Positions 1 through 13,727 of a stretch of 64,000 nt of DNA are shown here, piece by piece. The stretch spans positions 41,914,001-41,978,000 of the forward strand of contig NC_086108.1 in the NCBI RefSeq assembly GCF_963921235.1. The letters are read 5' to 3'. The notes under the pieces were generated by a model. That model saw nothing but the letters and a program-made list of their open reading frames with translations, was not told where the DNA came from and ran no database searches. The DNA comes from Mobula hypostoma. Lineage: Eukaryota. How positions within the stretch are numbered: the first letter of the stretch is position 1; each line of letters starts with the position of its first letter. The translations under genes and the position numbers were made by a program.

Positions 1-1510
1 TTCAAGAATCGATAGATTCTGGCATTGTACTAGAATGCTGGAAAATTGCAAATGTTACTCTGCTATTTAAGAAGGGTGGGAGGCAGCAGAAAGGAAACTA
101 TAGACCTGTTAGCCTGACATCAGTGGTTGGGAAGTTGTTGGAATCGATTGTTAGGGATGAGATTATGGAATACCTGAAGGAACATGACAAGATAGGCCAC
201 AGCCATCATGGTTTCCTGAAAGGAAAATCCTGCCTGACTAACCTATTGCAATTTTTTGAGGAAATTACAAGCAGGGTAGACAAAGGAGATGTAGTAGATG
301 TGGTGTACTTGGATTTTCAGAAGGTCTTTGACAAGGTGCCACACATGAGGCTGACAAGAGCAAGTTAAGAGCCCATGGAATTACAGGGAATTTACTTGCA
401 TGGGTGCAGCATTGGCTGATTGGCAGAAAACAGAGAGTGGGAATAAAGGGATCCTATTCTGGCTGGCTGCTGCTTACCAGTGGAGTTCCACAGGGGTCAG
501 TGTTGGGACCGCTGCTTTTTACAATGTATGTCAATGATTTGGACTATGGGATTAATGGATTTGTGGCTAAATTTGCCGATGATACAAAGATAGGTGGAGG
601 AGTGGGTAGTGTTGAGGAAACAGAGAGCCTTCAGAAAGATTTAGATAGTATAGGGGAATGGGCAAAGAAGTGGCAAATGAAATACAATGTTGGAAAGTGT
701 ATGGTCATGCACTTTGGTGGAAGAAGTAAACAGGCAGACTATTATTTAGATGGGGAGAGAATTCAAAATACAGATATGCAAAGGGACTTGGGAGTCCTTA
801 TGCAGGATACCCTAAAGGTTAACCTGCAGGTTGAGTGGGTTGTGAAGAAGGCGAATGCAATGTTGGCATTCATTTCTAGAGGTATAGAATATAGTAGCAG
901 AGATGCGATGTTGAGGCTCTATAAGGCACTCATGAGACCACACTTGGAGTATTGTGTGCAGTTTTAGGCTCTTTATTTTAGAAAGGATATACCAACATTG
1001 GAGAGGATTCAGAGAGGATTCACAAGCATGATTCCAGGAATGAAAGGGTTACCGTATGAGGAACATCTGGCAGCTCTTGGGCTGTATTGCCTGGAGTTCA
1101 GGAGGATGAGGGGGGAACTCGAGGGAACATTCTGAATGTTAAAAGGCCTGAACAGATTAGATATGGCAAAGTTATTTCCCATGGTAGGGGAGTCTAGGAC
1201 AACAGGACATGACTTCAGGATTGAAGAACGTCCATTTAGAACAGAGGTGCGGAGAAATTACTTTAGTCAGAGGGTGGCAAATCTGTGGAATTTATTGCCA
1301 CGAGCGGCTGTGGAGGCCAAGTCATTGGGTATATTTAAGGCAGAGATAGGTAGATTCTTGATTAGCCGGGGCATCAAAGGGTATGGGGAGAAGGCAGTGG
1401 AGTGGGGATGACTGGAAGAATTGGATCAGCCCATGATAGAATGGTGGAGCAGACTCGATGGACTGAATGGCCTACTTCTGCTCCTATATCTTATAGTTTT
1501 ATGGTCTATT
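1..1510 (+). mobile_element. CR1-clade LINE, 3' part of ORF2 (RT) plus 3'UTR; frameshifted, cut by window start
   Basis: ORFs 123-368, 404-967 and 1136-1411 give CR1 RT motifs (YLDFQKVFDKVPH, GVPQGSVLGP, KFADD, RPHLEYCVQF, FSQRVANLWN). Typical CR1 3'UTR ends in a tatggtc-type tail near 1500. Confidence 0.95.
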
Positions 1511-1511
1511 G

Positions 1512-1630
1512 TCTTTCATTAATTCTATTATGGTTCTTGGATTTACTAAGTATACCCACAAGAAAATGAATCTCAGGATTGTATATGGTCCCATATATGC
1601 ACTTAGATAATAAAATAGTTTGAACTTTTA
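1512..1630 (+). mobile_element. Short 3'-tail fragment of a Rex1/Babar-like LINE
   Basis: aagaaaatgaatctcaggattgtatatggt...gataataaa...tgaacttt is similar to the reverse complement of the tail of the Rex1 element at 6562-6640. Confidence 0.6.
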
Positions 1631-2715
1631 AGTTAATTAAAACATTATGATTAAATGCAAATAAATTTTAAAAATCTTGCTGTCAATTCCTTGGTCATCA
1701 AGACCAGTGATCTATTCAAGTGAATGCAGCAATGCTAGGTAACACATATCTTGGGGGCTACTTGTGGTCCCTTGGATTGGGATGCTTATGCTGGATATAC
1801 TGGTTGGATATACAGCATTGCCCTCCAGCTCACTACTGATTTCTTCATTGCAATATGAAAGTGATGGAAAAAACTGACCACTGATTGTCTATAGATACAC
1901 TAGCTAAAAAACTAGTAGGGAACTCACGAAATGATCCACTCTTTTCTGACGGGCACTCAGAGACTAATTTTAGAGTGGTTCAGAAGCAGGAGAAAATTGT
2001 TGACATCGCTTTCAAAACATAACTAGTCTAAAACTAATTGGTGCCATGAAAGAAAGAAATGCAGTAACTGAAATCGGTTACCCTTTCAAAGCTGTGTCTT
2101 CATCACTAAAACCACGTCAGTCCTTATGCCAACTCATCTTCCTTGACTCTGTACTCTTAAACAAATATGACTAGCAAAATTCTACCAAATTGACTTTACA
2201 AGTTGACTTTTAATGTTTTTAATGGGAGTTCCATACTTCTACCTTCCCTTGCACGTGTTTCCTTGATGAACTGCAGATCTCCAAAATACATTGGTTCTAG
2301 ATGGTCCCAACAGCAGAAAATGTTTCTACCCATCCATCTTACCAAACATTTCTAAAACCTTGAAAATCTCAAGCAAGTTTCACCAAGACCTGGTATATTA
2401 AGAGAACATTAACTTAGTTCATTGATCCTTTCCGCTTTATCTGATGTCTCGTACTTTCAAAACCACCAAATGTATTGGTGCTGCTCTCTTTTAAGGTTAA
2501 TATAATGCAAACAGCATCTGAACTCTATAAGATATCCCAATATGGAGTATATAGGATTTTGCATAAATAAGCACAATTTCCTGATGTGCTGCAACGTGGA
2601 CCATTGGTTAAAACAAAAAGATTCCAGTAGCTCTTAGATTATATTTTGTGCTTGGTCACTACATTCTAATGACCTTTGGCCACTGCTTTATACCACTGCT
2701 GTTCCTACCTTGACA

Positions 2716-4875
2716 TCAGGAAGATAAACTAGTGTGGCAGGGGGACAGGAACCAGAGCACCAGGTCAGAAAGTGGAGGGATGGAGAGGAGGGTAGATGTC
2801 AGGGCCAGTAAAAACAAGTAGGTGCAAAGTAATAGATACAATGGAACGGATAGTTTTAGCGTGAGTATTTTAATGCTTGGAGTATTTTGGGTAACGGAGA
2901 TTAACTTAGAGCATGGATCAGTACGTGGAATCATGATGTTATGGCAGACCTGGTCGAGAGAGGGAAAGGAATGGGTACTTAATATTCCAGGGTTTCAGAA
3001 GAGAGGCAGGTAAGAGAGCGGGGAGAGTTGCACTACCAATCAGGGTCAATATCACAGCTGCACTCATAGGGAACATAATGGAGGGCTTGTCCCCTGAGTC
3101 TATATGGGTAGAACTCAAAAGTAGGAAGGGTGCAATCATTCTGATGGGACTGTACTGCAGACACCACCCCCCCCCCCCCCATAGCCACTGGGGCATTGAG
3201 GAACAGATATGCAGGCAGATTAAGAAAAAGTGTAATAACAGTGAGGTTGTCATCATGCTGGACTTCACCTTCGCAATTATAAACTAGGACCTTCTTAGCT
3301 CAAGTGGTTTAGATGGGGCAGAATTTGTTAGGTGCATCCAGGAGGGTTTCTTAAATCAATACGTAGATAGTTCAACAAGAGGAGGGGCTGTACTGGATCT
3401 GGTGTTGGGTAAGGAGCCTAGCCAGCTGACCTAGTTTTCAGTGGGTGAGCAGTTAGGGAACAGTGATCACAGCTCCTTAAGTTTTAAGAAAACAATAGAT
3501 AGGATAAGTTTAGACCTTGTGGCAGAGTATTAAATTGGAGCAAGGCAAATTATAAGAGCGTTAAGCAGGAACTAGGGAGAGTTAATTGGGAACAGCTGTT
3601 TTTGGCAATTCCACCTCCAACGTGTGGAGGGTGTTTAAAAGACCAACTGCACAGCGTATAGGACAGGTATGTTTCTGTCAGAAGGAGGAACAAAAATGGC
3701 AAGTTAAGAGAACTTTCGATATTGAGAGAGATGGTGAATTTAGTCAACAAGAAAAAGCATGTAAAGATTAGGAAGCTAGAACCAAGCACAGTCCTTGTGG
3801 ATTATAAAGAAGCCAGAAAAGAACTCAGGAAGGGAAAGCCAGGAGGGGCCACCAAAGAGCTTGTCACGTAGGATTAAAGAGAATCCCAGGCATTCTCTGA
3901 ATACATCAGGAGAAAGAGGATAACTAGGGAGAGGGTCAGACCACTAATTGAGAAAGGGGGGAGTGGAGGGGGAAAAATTTGCTTGGATGTAGGTGATGTG
4001 GGGAATGTCCTTAATGAGTACTTTACGTCATTATTTACCAAGGAGAAGGATACGGAGAATAGGAAGATCAGTGCCAAGAGCATTAGTACGCTAGGCCATT
4101 TTGAAATAAAGGCGGAGGTAGTGTAGGTCTCTTAAAGAGCATTAAGGTGCATAAGTCCCAGAGCCTGAAGACATATACACTAGGTTATTGAGAGAGGCAA
4201 GTAAAGTGATGACTAGTGAGGTCCCGGAGCACTGGCAAGTAGTTAATGTTGTTCCATTATTCAAGATAATTCTGGAAACTATAGACCAGTGAGTCGCAAG
4301 TCAATGGTAGGGAAGTTACAGGAGAGAATCCTTAGGGATGGGATTTATGAGCTTTTGGAAAACCATTGCCTACTTAGGGAGGGCCAGCATGCTTTGTGCA
4401 GGGCAAGTAGAGTCTTAATAACTTGATTGAGTTTTTTGATGAGGTGTTGAGAGTGATTGATGAAGGGAGAACTGTGTATGTTGGTTACATAGATTTTAAT
4501 ATGGCTTTTGACAATATCACTCATAGGAGACTCATCTGGAAGATTAAGATGAATTGAATCAATGGTGAATAGGTTGTTTTGATTCAGAATTTGGTTGCCC
4601 ATAGAAGACACAGAGTAGTGCTCAAAGGGACTTGCTCTTGTTGAGGGTCTGTGATTATTGGTGTTCCACTGGGATCTGTACGGGGACCTTTGCTGTTTAT
4701 CACTTGTATAAATGATCGGAAAGAAAATGTAGATGGGTGGGTTTGTAAATTGGCAGATGACACAAAGATTGGTGGTGTTTTGGATAGCATAGATGACTGA
4801 CAAAGAATACAGTGGATATAGATCAGTTGCAGGTATGGGTACACATATGGCAGATGGAGTTTAACTGGCCAAATG
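2716..4875 (+). mobile_element. Old CR1 LINE (copy A), 5' piece: APE endonuclease to RT; continues at 7687
   Basis: ORF 3078-3287 (ESIWVELKSRKGAIILMGLYCR), LDLVLG and SDH codons near 3390-3470, degraded RT up to WQMEFN at about 4850. Confidence 0.9.
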
Positions 4876-6561
4876 ATCATAATGTGATCAAATTCATCCT
4901 GAAATTTAAGAAAGAGAAGCTAAAGTCAGATGTATCAGTATTACAGTGGATTAAAGGGAATTACAGAGGCATGAGAGAGGAGTTGGCCAAAACTGATTGG
5001 CAAAAAAACACTGGCAGGGATGACGGCCGAACAGCAAAGGCAGGAAGCAATTCAAAGGGCACAGGATATACATATCTGGAAGAAGTATTCTAAAGGCAAG
5101 ATGGCACAACCATGGCTAACAAGAGAAGTCAAAGCCAATATAAAAGCCAAAGAAAGGTCATATAATAGAGCAAAAAATTAGTTGGAAGTTAGGGGATTAG
5201 GAAGTGTTTAAAGACCAACAGAAGGCAACTAAAAAGTCATTAAGAAGGGAAAGTTGGAATACAAAAGTAAGCTAGCTGGTAATATTAAAGACGGATGCCA
5301 AAAGTTTCTTCAGGTATATAAAGTGTAAAAGTGAGGCAAGAGTGGATACTGGACCACTGAAAAATTATTCTGAAGAGGTAGAAATGATGCACAAAGAAAT
5401 GGCCGATGAACTGAGTAAATATTTTGCATCAGTCTTCACTGTGGAAGACACTAGCAATATGGTGGAAGTTACAGAGTGTCAGGGTTCAGAAGTGTGTGGT
5501 TACCATTACTAGGGTGAAGGTTCTTGGGGAAACTGAAAGATTTGAAGGTAGATAAATCACCTGGACCAGATGGTATATACCCCAGGGTTCTGAAACAGGT
5601 AGCTGAAGAAATTGTGGAGGCACTAGTAATGATCTTTCAATAATCACTAGATTCTGGTATGGTTCTGGAAGGCTGGAAAATTACAAATGCCACTCCACTC
5701 TTCAAGCAGGAGAGAGGCAGAAGAAAGGAAATTATAGGCCAGTTAGTCTGACCACGGTGGTTGGAAAGATGTTGGAGTCAATTGTTAAGGATATGCTTTT
5801 GAGGTACTTGGAGGCCATAGTCAGCATTGTTTCCTAAAGGAAAAATCTTGCCTGACAAATCTGTTGGAATTCTTTGAAGAAATAACAAGTAGCTTAGACA
5901 AAGGAGAATTGGTTGATGTTGTGTACTTGGATTTTCAAAAGAACTTTGTCAAGGTGTCGTAGATGAGACTGCTTATCAGGTTAAGCATCCATGGTATTAC
6001 AGGAACGATACTAGCATGGATAAAGCAGTGGCTAATTGGCAGAAGGCAAAGAGTGGGAATAAAGGGAGCTTTTTGTGTTTGACTGTCAGTGACTAGTGGT
6101 GTTCCACAGGAGTCTGTGGTGCGACTGCTTCTTTTTACATTATTTGTCAATGACTCGAATGACAGAATTGATGGCTTTGTTGCAAGGTTTGTGGATGCCA
6201 CGAAGACAGGTGGACAGGCAAGTAGTTTTGGGGAAGTAGAGAGGCTACAGAAGGATTTAGACAGATTAGGAGAATGGACAAAGAAGTGGCAGATGGAATA
6301 CATTATCAGGAAGTGTATGGTCATGCACTTTTAGTAGAAGAAAAAAAGGGTAGACTATTTCCTAAATAGAGAGAAAATTCAAAAATGTGAGGTGCAAAGG
6401 AACTTGGGAGTACTTGTGCAGGATTCCCTAAGGTTAATTTGCAGGTTGAGTATATGTGGCGAGGAAGGCAAATGCCATGTTAGCATTATTTCAAGAGGAC
6501 TAGAATATAAAAACAAGGATGTAATGTCAAAGCTTTATAAAGCTCTGATTAGGCCCCACTT
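4871..6561 (+). mobile_element. CR1 LINE (copy B), 5'-truncated, inserted into copy A; continues at 7325
   Basis: Starts at the endonuclease C-terminus (NDHNVIKF). RT fragments at 6089-6334 (SGVPQESV, FVDATK) and 6392 onward. Same family as 1-1510. Confidence 0.9.
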
Positions 6562-7324
6562 CAAAGTCCAATGTAAAATTTATCATCAGAGTACATATAC
6601 ATCACCACATACAACCCTGAGATTCTTTTTCCTATGGACATATTTAGCAAATCCACAAAACTGTAACTGTAACCAGGATCAATGAATAACCACTATGCAA
6701 ATGCAAATATAAATAAAATAGCAAAGAATACCAAGTATTAAATAACAAGACAAAGAGTCCTTAAAGTGAGACCACCAGCTGTGGGAACACCAGAAATAGA
6801 ATGAGTGTAGTTATTCCCTTTTGTTCAAGAGCCTGATAGTTGAGGGGTAGTAACTGTTCTTGAACCTGGTGGTGCGAGTCCTGAGGCACTAGTACCTTCT
6901 ACCTGAGGACAGCAGTAAGAAAGGACCATGGCCTGGGTGGTGAGGATCTTTGATGGGTGCTGCTTTTCTATGGCAATATTTCATGTAGATGTGCTCAATG
7001 GTTGGGAGGGCTTTATCCATGATGTACCAAGGTCAAATCCACAAACTTTTGTAGGATTTTCTGCTCAAAGGCATTGGTGTTCCCATACCAGGCCATAATG
7101 CAGCCAATCACCACACTTCCAACCACATATCTATAGAAGTTTGCCAAGGTTTTCAATGACATGCTGAATCTCCACAGACTCCTGAGGAGGTAGAGGCACT
7201 GTCGTGCTTTCTTTGCAATTATACTTATATGATGGGTCCAGGAGAGGTCCTCTGATATAGTGACAATGATGAATTTAAAGTTATGGACCCTCTCCACCTC
7301 TCATCCTCCAATGAGTACTGGCTT
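6562..7324 (-). mobile_element. Rex1/Babar-like LINE, 3' fragment, inserted into CR1 copy B
   Basis: ORF 7013-7297 (ERVHNFKF..ISEDLSWTHHISIIAKKARQCLYLLRSL..CIMAWYGN) is the Rex1/Babar RT C-terminus. 'actt' is repeated at both junctions (6558-6561, 7325-7328). Confidence 0.9.
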
Positions 7325-7686
7325 ACTTGGAGTATTATGAGCAGCTTTGGTCTTATCTGACAAAGGATATGCTGAAACTGGACAGGGTTCAAAGAAGATT
7401 TATGAGGGGTGTCCATTTAAAATGAAGATGAGGAGGAATTTCTTCAGCCAGAGATTGGTGAATCTGTGGAATTCATTACCATGGGCAGCTGTAGAACCCA
7501 AGTCTTTACGTATATTTAAGGCAGAGGGTGGTAGATTCTTGATTGGTCAGGGCATGAAAGAATATGGGGAGAATCCAGGAGATTGGGGCTGAGAGGGAAA
7601 ATGGATCAGCCATGATGAAATGGCGGAGCAGACTCGATGGGCCAACTGGCATAATTCTGCTCCTATATCTTATGGTATTACGGTCT
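7325..7686 (+). mobile_element. CR1 copy B, 3' piece with internal deletion and 3'UTR
   Basis: Resumes at cttggagtatt (HLEY), then RNFFSQRLVNLWNSLP and a 3'UTR ending tatcttatggt. Confidence 0.9.
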
Positions 7687-8492
7687 CAAATGTGAAGTGT
7701 TGTATCCTGTTAGGTGAAATGCAAAGAGACTGTACACTGCTGATGGCAAGACCCTTAAGGGTTGATGAGCAGAGGGATCTTGGGGTCCAAGTTCATAGCT
7801 TCCTGAAAGGGGCTACACAGGTTGTTAGGGTGATTAAGAAGGCATTCGGCATTCTTACCTTTATTAGATGAGGCATTGATTTTAAAAGTCAGGAAGTTAT
7901 GTTGCAGCTTTATAAAACTCTAGTCAGGCCACATCTAGAGTATTGCATAGAGTTCTGTTCACCCCATTATTGGAAGGATGTCGCGGTTTTGGAGAGGGTG
8001 CAGAAGAGGTTTACCAGAATGTTGCCTGGATTAAGGGGCATGTGCTATAACAAGAGGTTGGACAAAACTGGGTTGTTTTCTCTGGGGGACAGAGGCTGAG
8101 GGGAGATCTGATAGAGGTTTATAAAATTGAGAGGCATAGGTAGAGGGAGTATCTTTTTCCCAATGTTGAAAGGTCTAATACTAGAGAGCATGCATTTAAG
8201 GTGAGAGGGGCTAAGTTCAGAGGGGAAGTGAGGAGCAAGCTTTTTACACCAAGTGGTGGGTACCTGGAATGCACTGCCTGGGCTGGTTGTAGAGTCAGAT
8301 GCATTAGGGACTTTTAAGAGGTGTTTAGATAGGCATAGAGTATGAATGTGAGGAAAATGGAAGGATACGGTCATCATGTAGGCAGAGGTGATTAGTTTAG
8401 TTGGCCATTTGATTACTAATATAATTGGTTTGGGCACAACATTGTGGGACAAAGAGCCTGTTCCTGTGTTGTACTGTTCTCTGTTTTAGTTC
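7687..8492 (+). mobile_element. CR1 copy A, 3' piece
   Basis: Resumes at aaatgtgaagtg (KCEV). ORFs 7620-7871 and 7899-8099 (QRDLGVQVH, RPHLEYCIEF). Tail gtactgttctctgtttt. Confidence 0.9.
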
Positions 8493-10788
8493 TTTAATAC
8501 TCAGATAGGACACTGTTTTGATACAAAATGGACGGCTTCACGCAAGCCTCTTTTTTAATATATTTAATACAATTGCTCTCAACCAAACAATCCATCTCTT
8601 TATAATTATGTACTCCCCTTCACGCACAATGCCACCAATCTTTGCATTAACTGGAAAATGTTATCACACCAACTCATTATAAAATGTAGTGAACAGTTGA
8701 GGTGACAGCAGAGGTGCTTGCATGATATTTGTAACTTCTACAATACACATGCATAAATATTTTCTCCAATCTATCTACCTCAGTAATTTGCTCTAAGATT
8801 CATTTTTATCAGTGTTAAGCAAACATGAAAGTATATTTATTGCAGAAGAAATGATCAAAGCAAAAGGATGGCACATTATGTATTATGGGTGTTTTTTTTT
8901 ATACAGTACAACCATATCACAAATATTTTATATCATGCATTTCCATTGAGAGTTGTATTATTGCTATCAATGTTGACAACAAGAACTGGCAGCTCCTTAA
9001 ATGATGAAAAATAATTCTATAATCAAGAAACTTAATCTCACATAATGTATAAGACCCATTTTAAGGACTGGAGTATCTAATACAATCACATATTTTATAT
9101 AATACATTCAAAAGTACTCCAGTATTTTTCCTGATTGTTCAACGCTTGGAAGGACGTGCACTATATTGACTGATCGCGGTGAAACTCAATATTACACCTC
9201 AGATGATTAGTGAATTAAATACAATTCACCTCATCTCACATCATGTCATTTTCTCATAAAGATTTTATACTTACTTATCTGGCAGCAGACCTTCACATTT
9301 TCATTATATTAAAATAAAATATTTTATTATTTCTTTAAAATAAGATAAACGAATTACGTGAGGTAGGGTAGCTAAGGAAGTTAAAGCTGTAACGACTGAG
9401 TTAGGTCAGGAGTGTAACCATCTCCTAGCATCCTGGGAAACTGATGCTTTTTCTATTCATAACATCACCAAAAATTTTGAAAGGATTCGAAAATTGCAGG
9501 CCCACATAATTATCAACATGGTTTCTTGCCACTACACATTTTTCAAATGTTTACAAAACCTCTAACTGGGAGGAGGAGCAAGAGCAAATATTCAACAGTA
9601 TTATAAATTACAATCTACAGGAAGTCCTAATGACCAAGAAATATAGACAAAATTCAGGAACCAGTCATACAGTGGTAGTCTTTGTGCAGCCTTCTGATAA
9701 ACATTTCTCACCAAATTGTTAAATTTTTAATTTAAAAATTCGTTTGTGAATTGAAGCTGTTTGTTTGATCAGTAACTGGGTGCTTGGTTTCATGATTGTT
9801 CACTGGTAAATGGCCATTAATATTAAGTTATTAACCCAGTGTACCAAGATGTTCCCGTTTTGCCCCCAGGATTATTTGGCTAGCAGACATCCTGTTCACT
9901 TTCCTAGCTTGGGAAGCATGTACACTGCTTAAAAACAGACCAGAACTATTTAATCCTTAAATTACATAAACTATTATATATTTCAAGCCATCTGTTTTTC
10001 CTGCCTAAGTAACCATTCTGCCAGCACTCAAATGTCCAGATTTGTTGCAGTTCTATTGCACTGTATGGTGAATACAGCTTTCTCCTTTACCATTTTTTGT
10101 GGAGATATATAATGGAAACACTAATTAAATCAATTTGATCTGTTTAGCCACATTTCCTTCTATCCTATGGTTAGCTGAAATCCTCACAGTAAGCCCTCCT
10201 TAAAATAGGTAGGAAACAAAGAAATTATGAGTATTAGTGTGTGGGCTTTGTAATTATTGGGGAGGGCAATTAATTTAGGTTCTCTGTGTGGTGATATGGT
10301 GGATATCATTATTTAGACATTTCAGTTGGCAAATATGTTCATTCTGGAACTTCACAAAATTCAGTGAGAATGTGTAACAGTTGAAAACAGTTAGTGGCTA
10401 CATTATTTTCACCCTAGCTCAGAGAAACAGATGGTTTTTCCAAATACTTATACACACATAAACAGCAGCAAAATACCAGGCATGATATATAGTGAATTAC
10501 GTTAGAGTGTGTATTTCACAAGTTGAGTTGTTCCATCCAAGTTGAAAGAATTTCAATATATATTGCCTGAAGTTAAATGTGCCACTATCAATCACAACAT
10601 TATCATCAGGCAAATTCCTTTCATCAACTGTACTCATGCAAAACTGACTTTTTTTTAGCAATGATCATTTAGTTTAATATTGACTTTTCATTAATATAGC
10701 AAAATCTGTTTGCTTCCCTAGGAGTTAAAAGCACAATTATTGCTTTTGGATGATAGTGTAAAGTTAGATTTGTCATCAACAAAATGTG

Positions 10789-10990
10789 ACACACATACAA
10801 TGCTGAGGGAACTCAGTCGGCCAGGCAGCATCTATGGAAAAGAGTGAACAGTTGATGTTTCAGGATGATGAAGGGTCTCAGCCCAAAATATCGACTGTTT
10901 ACTCTTTTCCATAGATGCTGCCTGACCTGCTGAGTTCCTCTTGCATTTTGTGAGTACTGCTTGGATTTCCAGCATCTGCAGATTATCTCA
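10789..10990. mobile_element. Short fold-back Penelope-type element with decayed hammerhead motif
   Basis: Inverted arms (ggaactcag..ggcagcatctatggaaaagagt / actcttttccatagatgctgcc..ctgagttcc) around tgatgaagggtctcagcccaaaatatcgactg. Confidence 0.75.
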
Positions 10991-11019
10991 TAATTATCAA
11001 AAGAATTAAGGTTATTATC

Positions 11020-11352
11020 ATTGGATTTTTATTATAAATGGCAGAATCAGATTGGAAAAAAGGTTAACTTTGTCACATATACATCAAAACATACAGTGAA
11101 ATATGGTAATTGCATCAAATTAAAACAGCTAGAATTGTACTGGGCAGCCCACAAGTGTTGGTATGCTTCTGGTGCCAACTGTAACCATATGTCTTTAAAA
11201 TGTAGGAGAACATCAGCGTACCCGGAGAAAATCCATATAGCCAACGGGAGAACGTACAAACTCCTCGCAGTCAGTGGCAGAAATCCAACACCAATCTTAC
11301 CGCTGGCACAGTAAAGTCTTCCGCGCTAACAGCTATGTTACAGTGCCACCCC
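11020..11352 (-). mobile_element. tRNA-headed V-SINE-like relic
   Basis: Contains the reverse complement of the V-domain-like core (ggagtttgtacgttctcccg). Head gggtggcactgtaacatagctgttagcgc lies at the high-coordinate end. Confidence 0.6.
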
Positions 11353-11489
11353 ATTTCTGGATAGCAGGGAAGACAGAGGAATAGGATCTATAATCTCAGA
11401 CTACAACTGAATCTGATTTCTCACTGTTGGCCACGGCCTCTTTCTGTAACTTTCTTTTCACTTGGACTGGTGAAGATTGAAGGTATTGC

Positions 11490-12010
11490 TTGGTTGAGCA
11501 CCTTTGCTCAGCCCACTGTAACAGCCAGTATCTTGCTGTGTCCAGCCATTTTAACTTCACTTCCATTCCAGCACTCATACTGCTTCCTTCTCCTCTTCCT
11601 CACCCTCTCGATCTGACCATCACCCACACAGTCCTCTCTCCTCACTTCCTTCCCCTTATTCCATGATTCGCTGCCCTCTCCTATCAGACGACAAATTCTT
11701 CAGCACTTGGGCATTCCCACCTATCACCTCTCACACCTTCCAGCTTCTTACATCATACCCAACACCCCCCCATCTAACTTCCGCCACCTCACTTGGACAC
11801 AACTATCACCTGCCAACTCTCACTACACCCTTCTCCCACCAAGCCCCCAACCCCTTGATACTGGCTTCTCCCCTCTTTCGTTCTTTCCATTCCAGAAGAG
11901 TATTAACTGTCCAGATGCGGCCTAACCTGTTGGTATGCTGATAACCCCCCCCCCCCACATTTCGTGTGTTGCTCCAGATTGCCAGCATCTGCAGTCTTCC
12001 TTGCTTCTCT
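11490..12010 (+). mobile_element. Penelope-like element 3' remnant
   Basis: gccattttaacttcacttccattcc, a long pyrimidine-rich tract, and the terminal ccagattgccagcatctgcag shared with the fold-back elements. Confidence 0.55.
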
Positions 12011-12349
12011 TATCATTGTTGTTTTAAATTAACCCTTGTTCATTGACTACCCTTCTGAAATTTGGAAGTGACACATTTACTTAGTGCCTAGCCAACAAAT
12101 AATTACTTGCCCATGTATGGCAGATGAGTGTGTGTACCCCTGCAAAGCTTGGATGAATTGGAAGTATGACCAGTTAAGGAGAACAGCCAACTGTTACACC
12201 AAGGCTCCTGATGCTTTCATTTAGCTGGGTCAAGATGGATCGCAACTTACATTCAATCAATCAAAAGGCAACATTGTCTTAATTAATGGTAGTAATAATA
12301 ATTCAGCATTTACGAGAGTTCCTCATCAACCAGTGGATCTGCAGGTCTC

Positions 12350-12750
12350 TTGTATCTCAGCAGTCTAGCAGCTCTCTCATCTCCAAGTCAGGTCATGAGT
12401 TAAAGCTCCAATCTTGAACAGGAAAATGCATTGGTGTTTTTGCAGAGTATAAAGTGCACTGCTGGAAGTGCCTTCAATCATAAGTAAACTCACACCAAGG
12501 TCTTAACTCCCCTCTCAAAGTGTCAAAAATGCCATGCCTCAAAGAAGGGCAGGCACATTAACCCCTTACACAAGGCCAATATTTATCTCGCGCTCTGCTT
12601 CACCGAAGGAGATTGCCTGGTCATTATCAGGTTACTGATGCGGAAGCTTACTACACATAAACTGATTGCACTAACCACAGCAGAACAGCAACCACACCTC
12701 AAAACTAATTAATTGACTGCAAAATGCATTGGCATATGCAAAATAATTAG
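12350..12750 (+). mobile_element. DeuSINE (SacSINE1/AmnSINE1-like) relic
   Basis: ggccaatatttatc...ctggtcattatc...aattgactgcaaaatgcattgg matches my recollection of the Deu-domain SINE body. Confidence 0.55.
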
Positions 12751-13261
12751 AGGGTTATAAAGGCTTATAAAGGACTAGTAACATTTGGATCACCAGTTCA
12801 TTGGTGATCCTTTGACCAACTTCTATATATTAACAGGGGAGAGTATCCTTAACTGGTTGCATCATAGCCAGCTATAGAAACACAAAAAGAGATTACAAAA
12901 GTGGTTCATACAGTCAAAATCTGCCTGCACCACCCAGAATTGTTTTGCACAGATTACAAAAAGAAACATCAGTAATCATCCCTCCAGCTTCCTCGCCTTA
13001 AATAAATTTGCCCAGATCAAAAGATTAATCAACCACAGTAACCTGTGAAAACAATGAAGCTAAACAGCAACATCAGTAATTCAGCAACGGGCAAGAAAGT
13101 ACACACAAAAGTGTACAAGAGGGCACTAGCAAAATGAAGTCCTCATTGTCATTTAGATATATTACGAAGCAACCTGCTGTAGAATGGGGTCAAAAATCTG
13201 TGGATAGGAATAGGATCTGAAGAGAAGACACTATACTCAAATTCTAGGCAATGAACTTCTA

Positions 13262-13727
13262 ATGTCTTCCACCTCAGGCAACTGAAGAAGTTCAGCATGG
13301 ACCCCCAAATCCTCAAAACCTTCCACAGGGGCACCATTGAGAGCATCCTGACTGGCTGTATCACTGCCTGGTATGGGAACTGCACCAACCTTGATCACTG
13401 GGCACTGCAGAGAGTGGTACAGACAGCCCAGCTCATCTGAGGATGTGAACTTCCCTCCATTGAGGACATTTATAGCAGCAGGTGCAGAAAGAAAGCCTGG
13501 AAGATCATTGGGGACACCAGTCACCCAACCACAAACTGCTTCAGCTGCTTCCATCTGGCAAATGCTACCACAGCATTGAAGCCAGGACCAACAGGCTATG
13601 AGACAACTTCTTTCTACAAGCTATTAGATGCTTAAATTCACATGTCTGTACATTGCAAGAGAGTCATAATGCAACGATTTTAACTTCCTCATGTTGTGGG
13701 ATGGATGTAAGATTTAAATAAATTCTA
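13262..13727 (+). mobile_element. Rex1/Babar-like LINE 3' fragment
   Basis: Encodes LRQLKKFSMDPQILKTFHRGTIESILTGCITAWYGNC...FQLLPSG, followed by a short 3'UTR with aataaa. Confidence 0.85.

Noticed and set aside
3167..3180. Poly-C runs (also near 11945 and 48923)
   Set aside because: Homopolymer expansions inside repeats; slippage or sequencing artefact.
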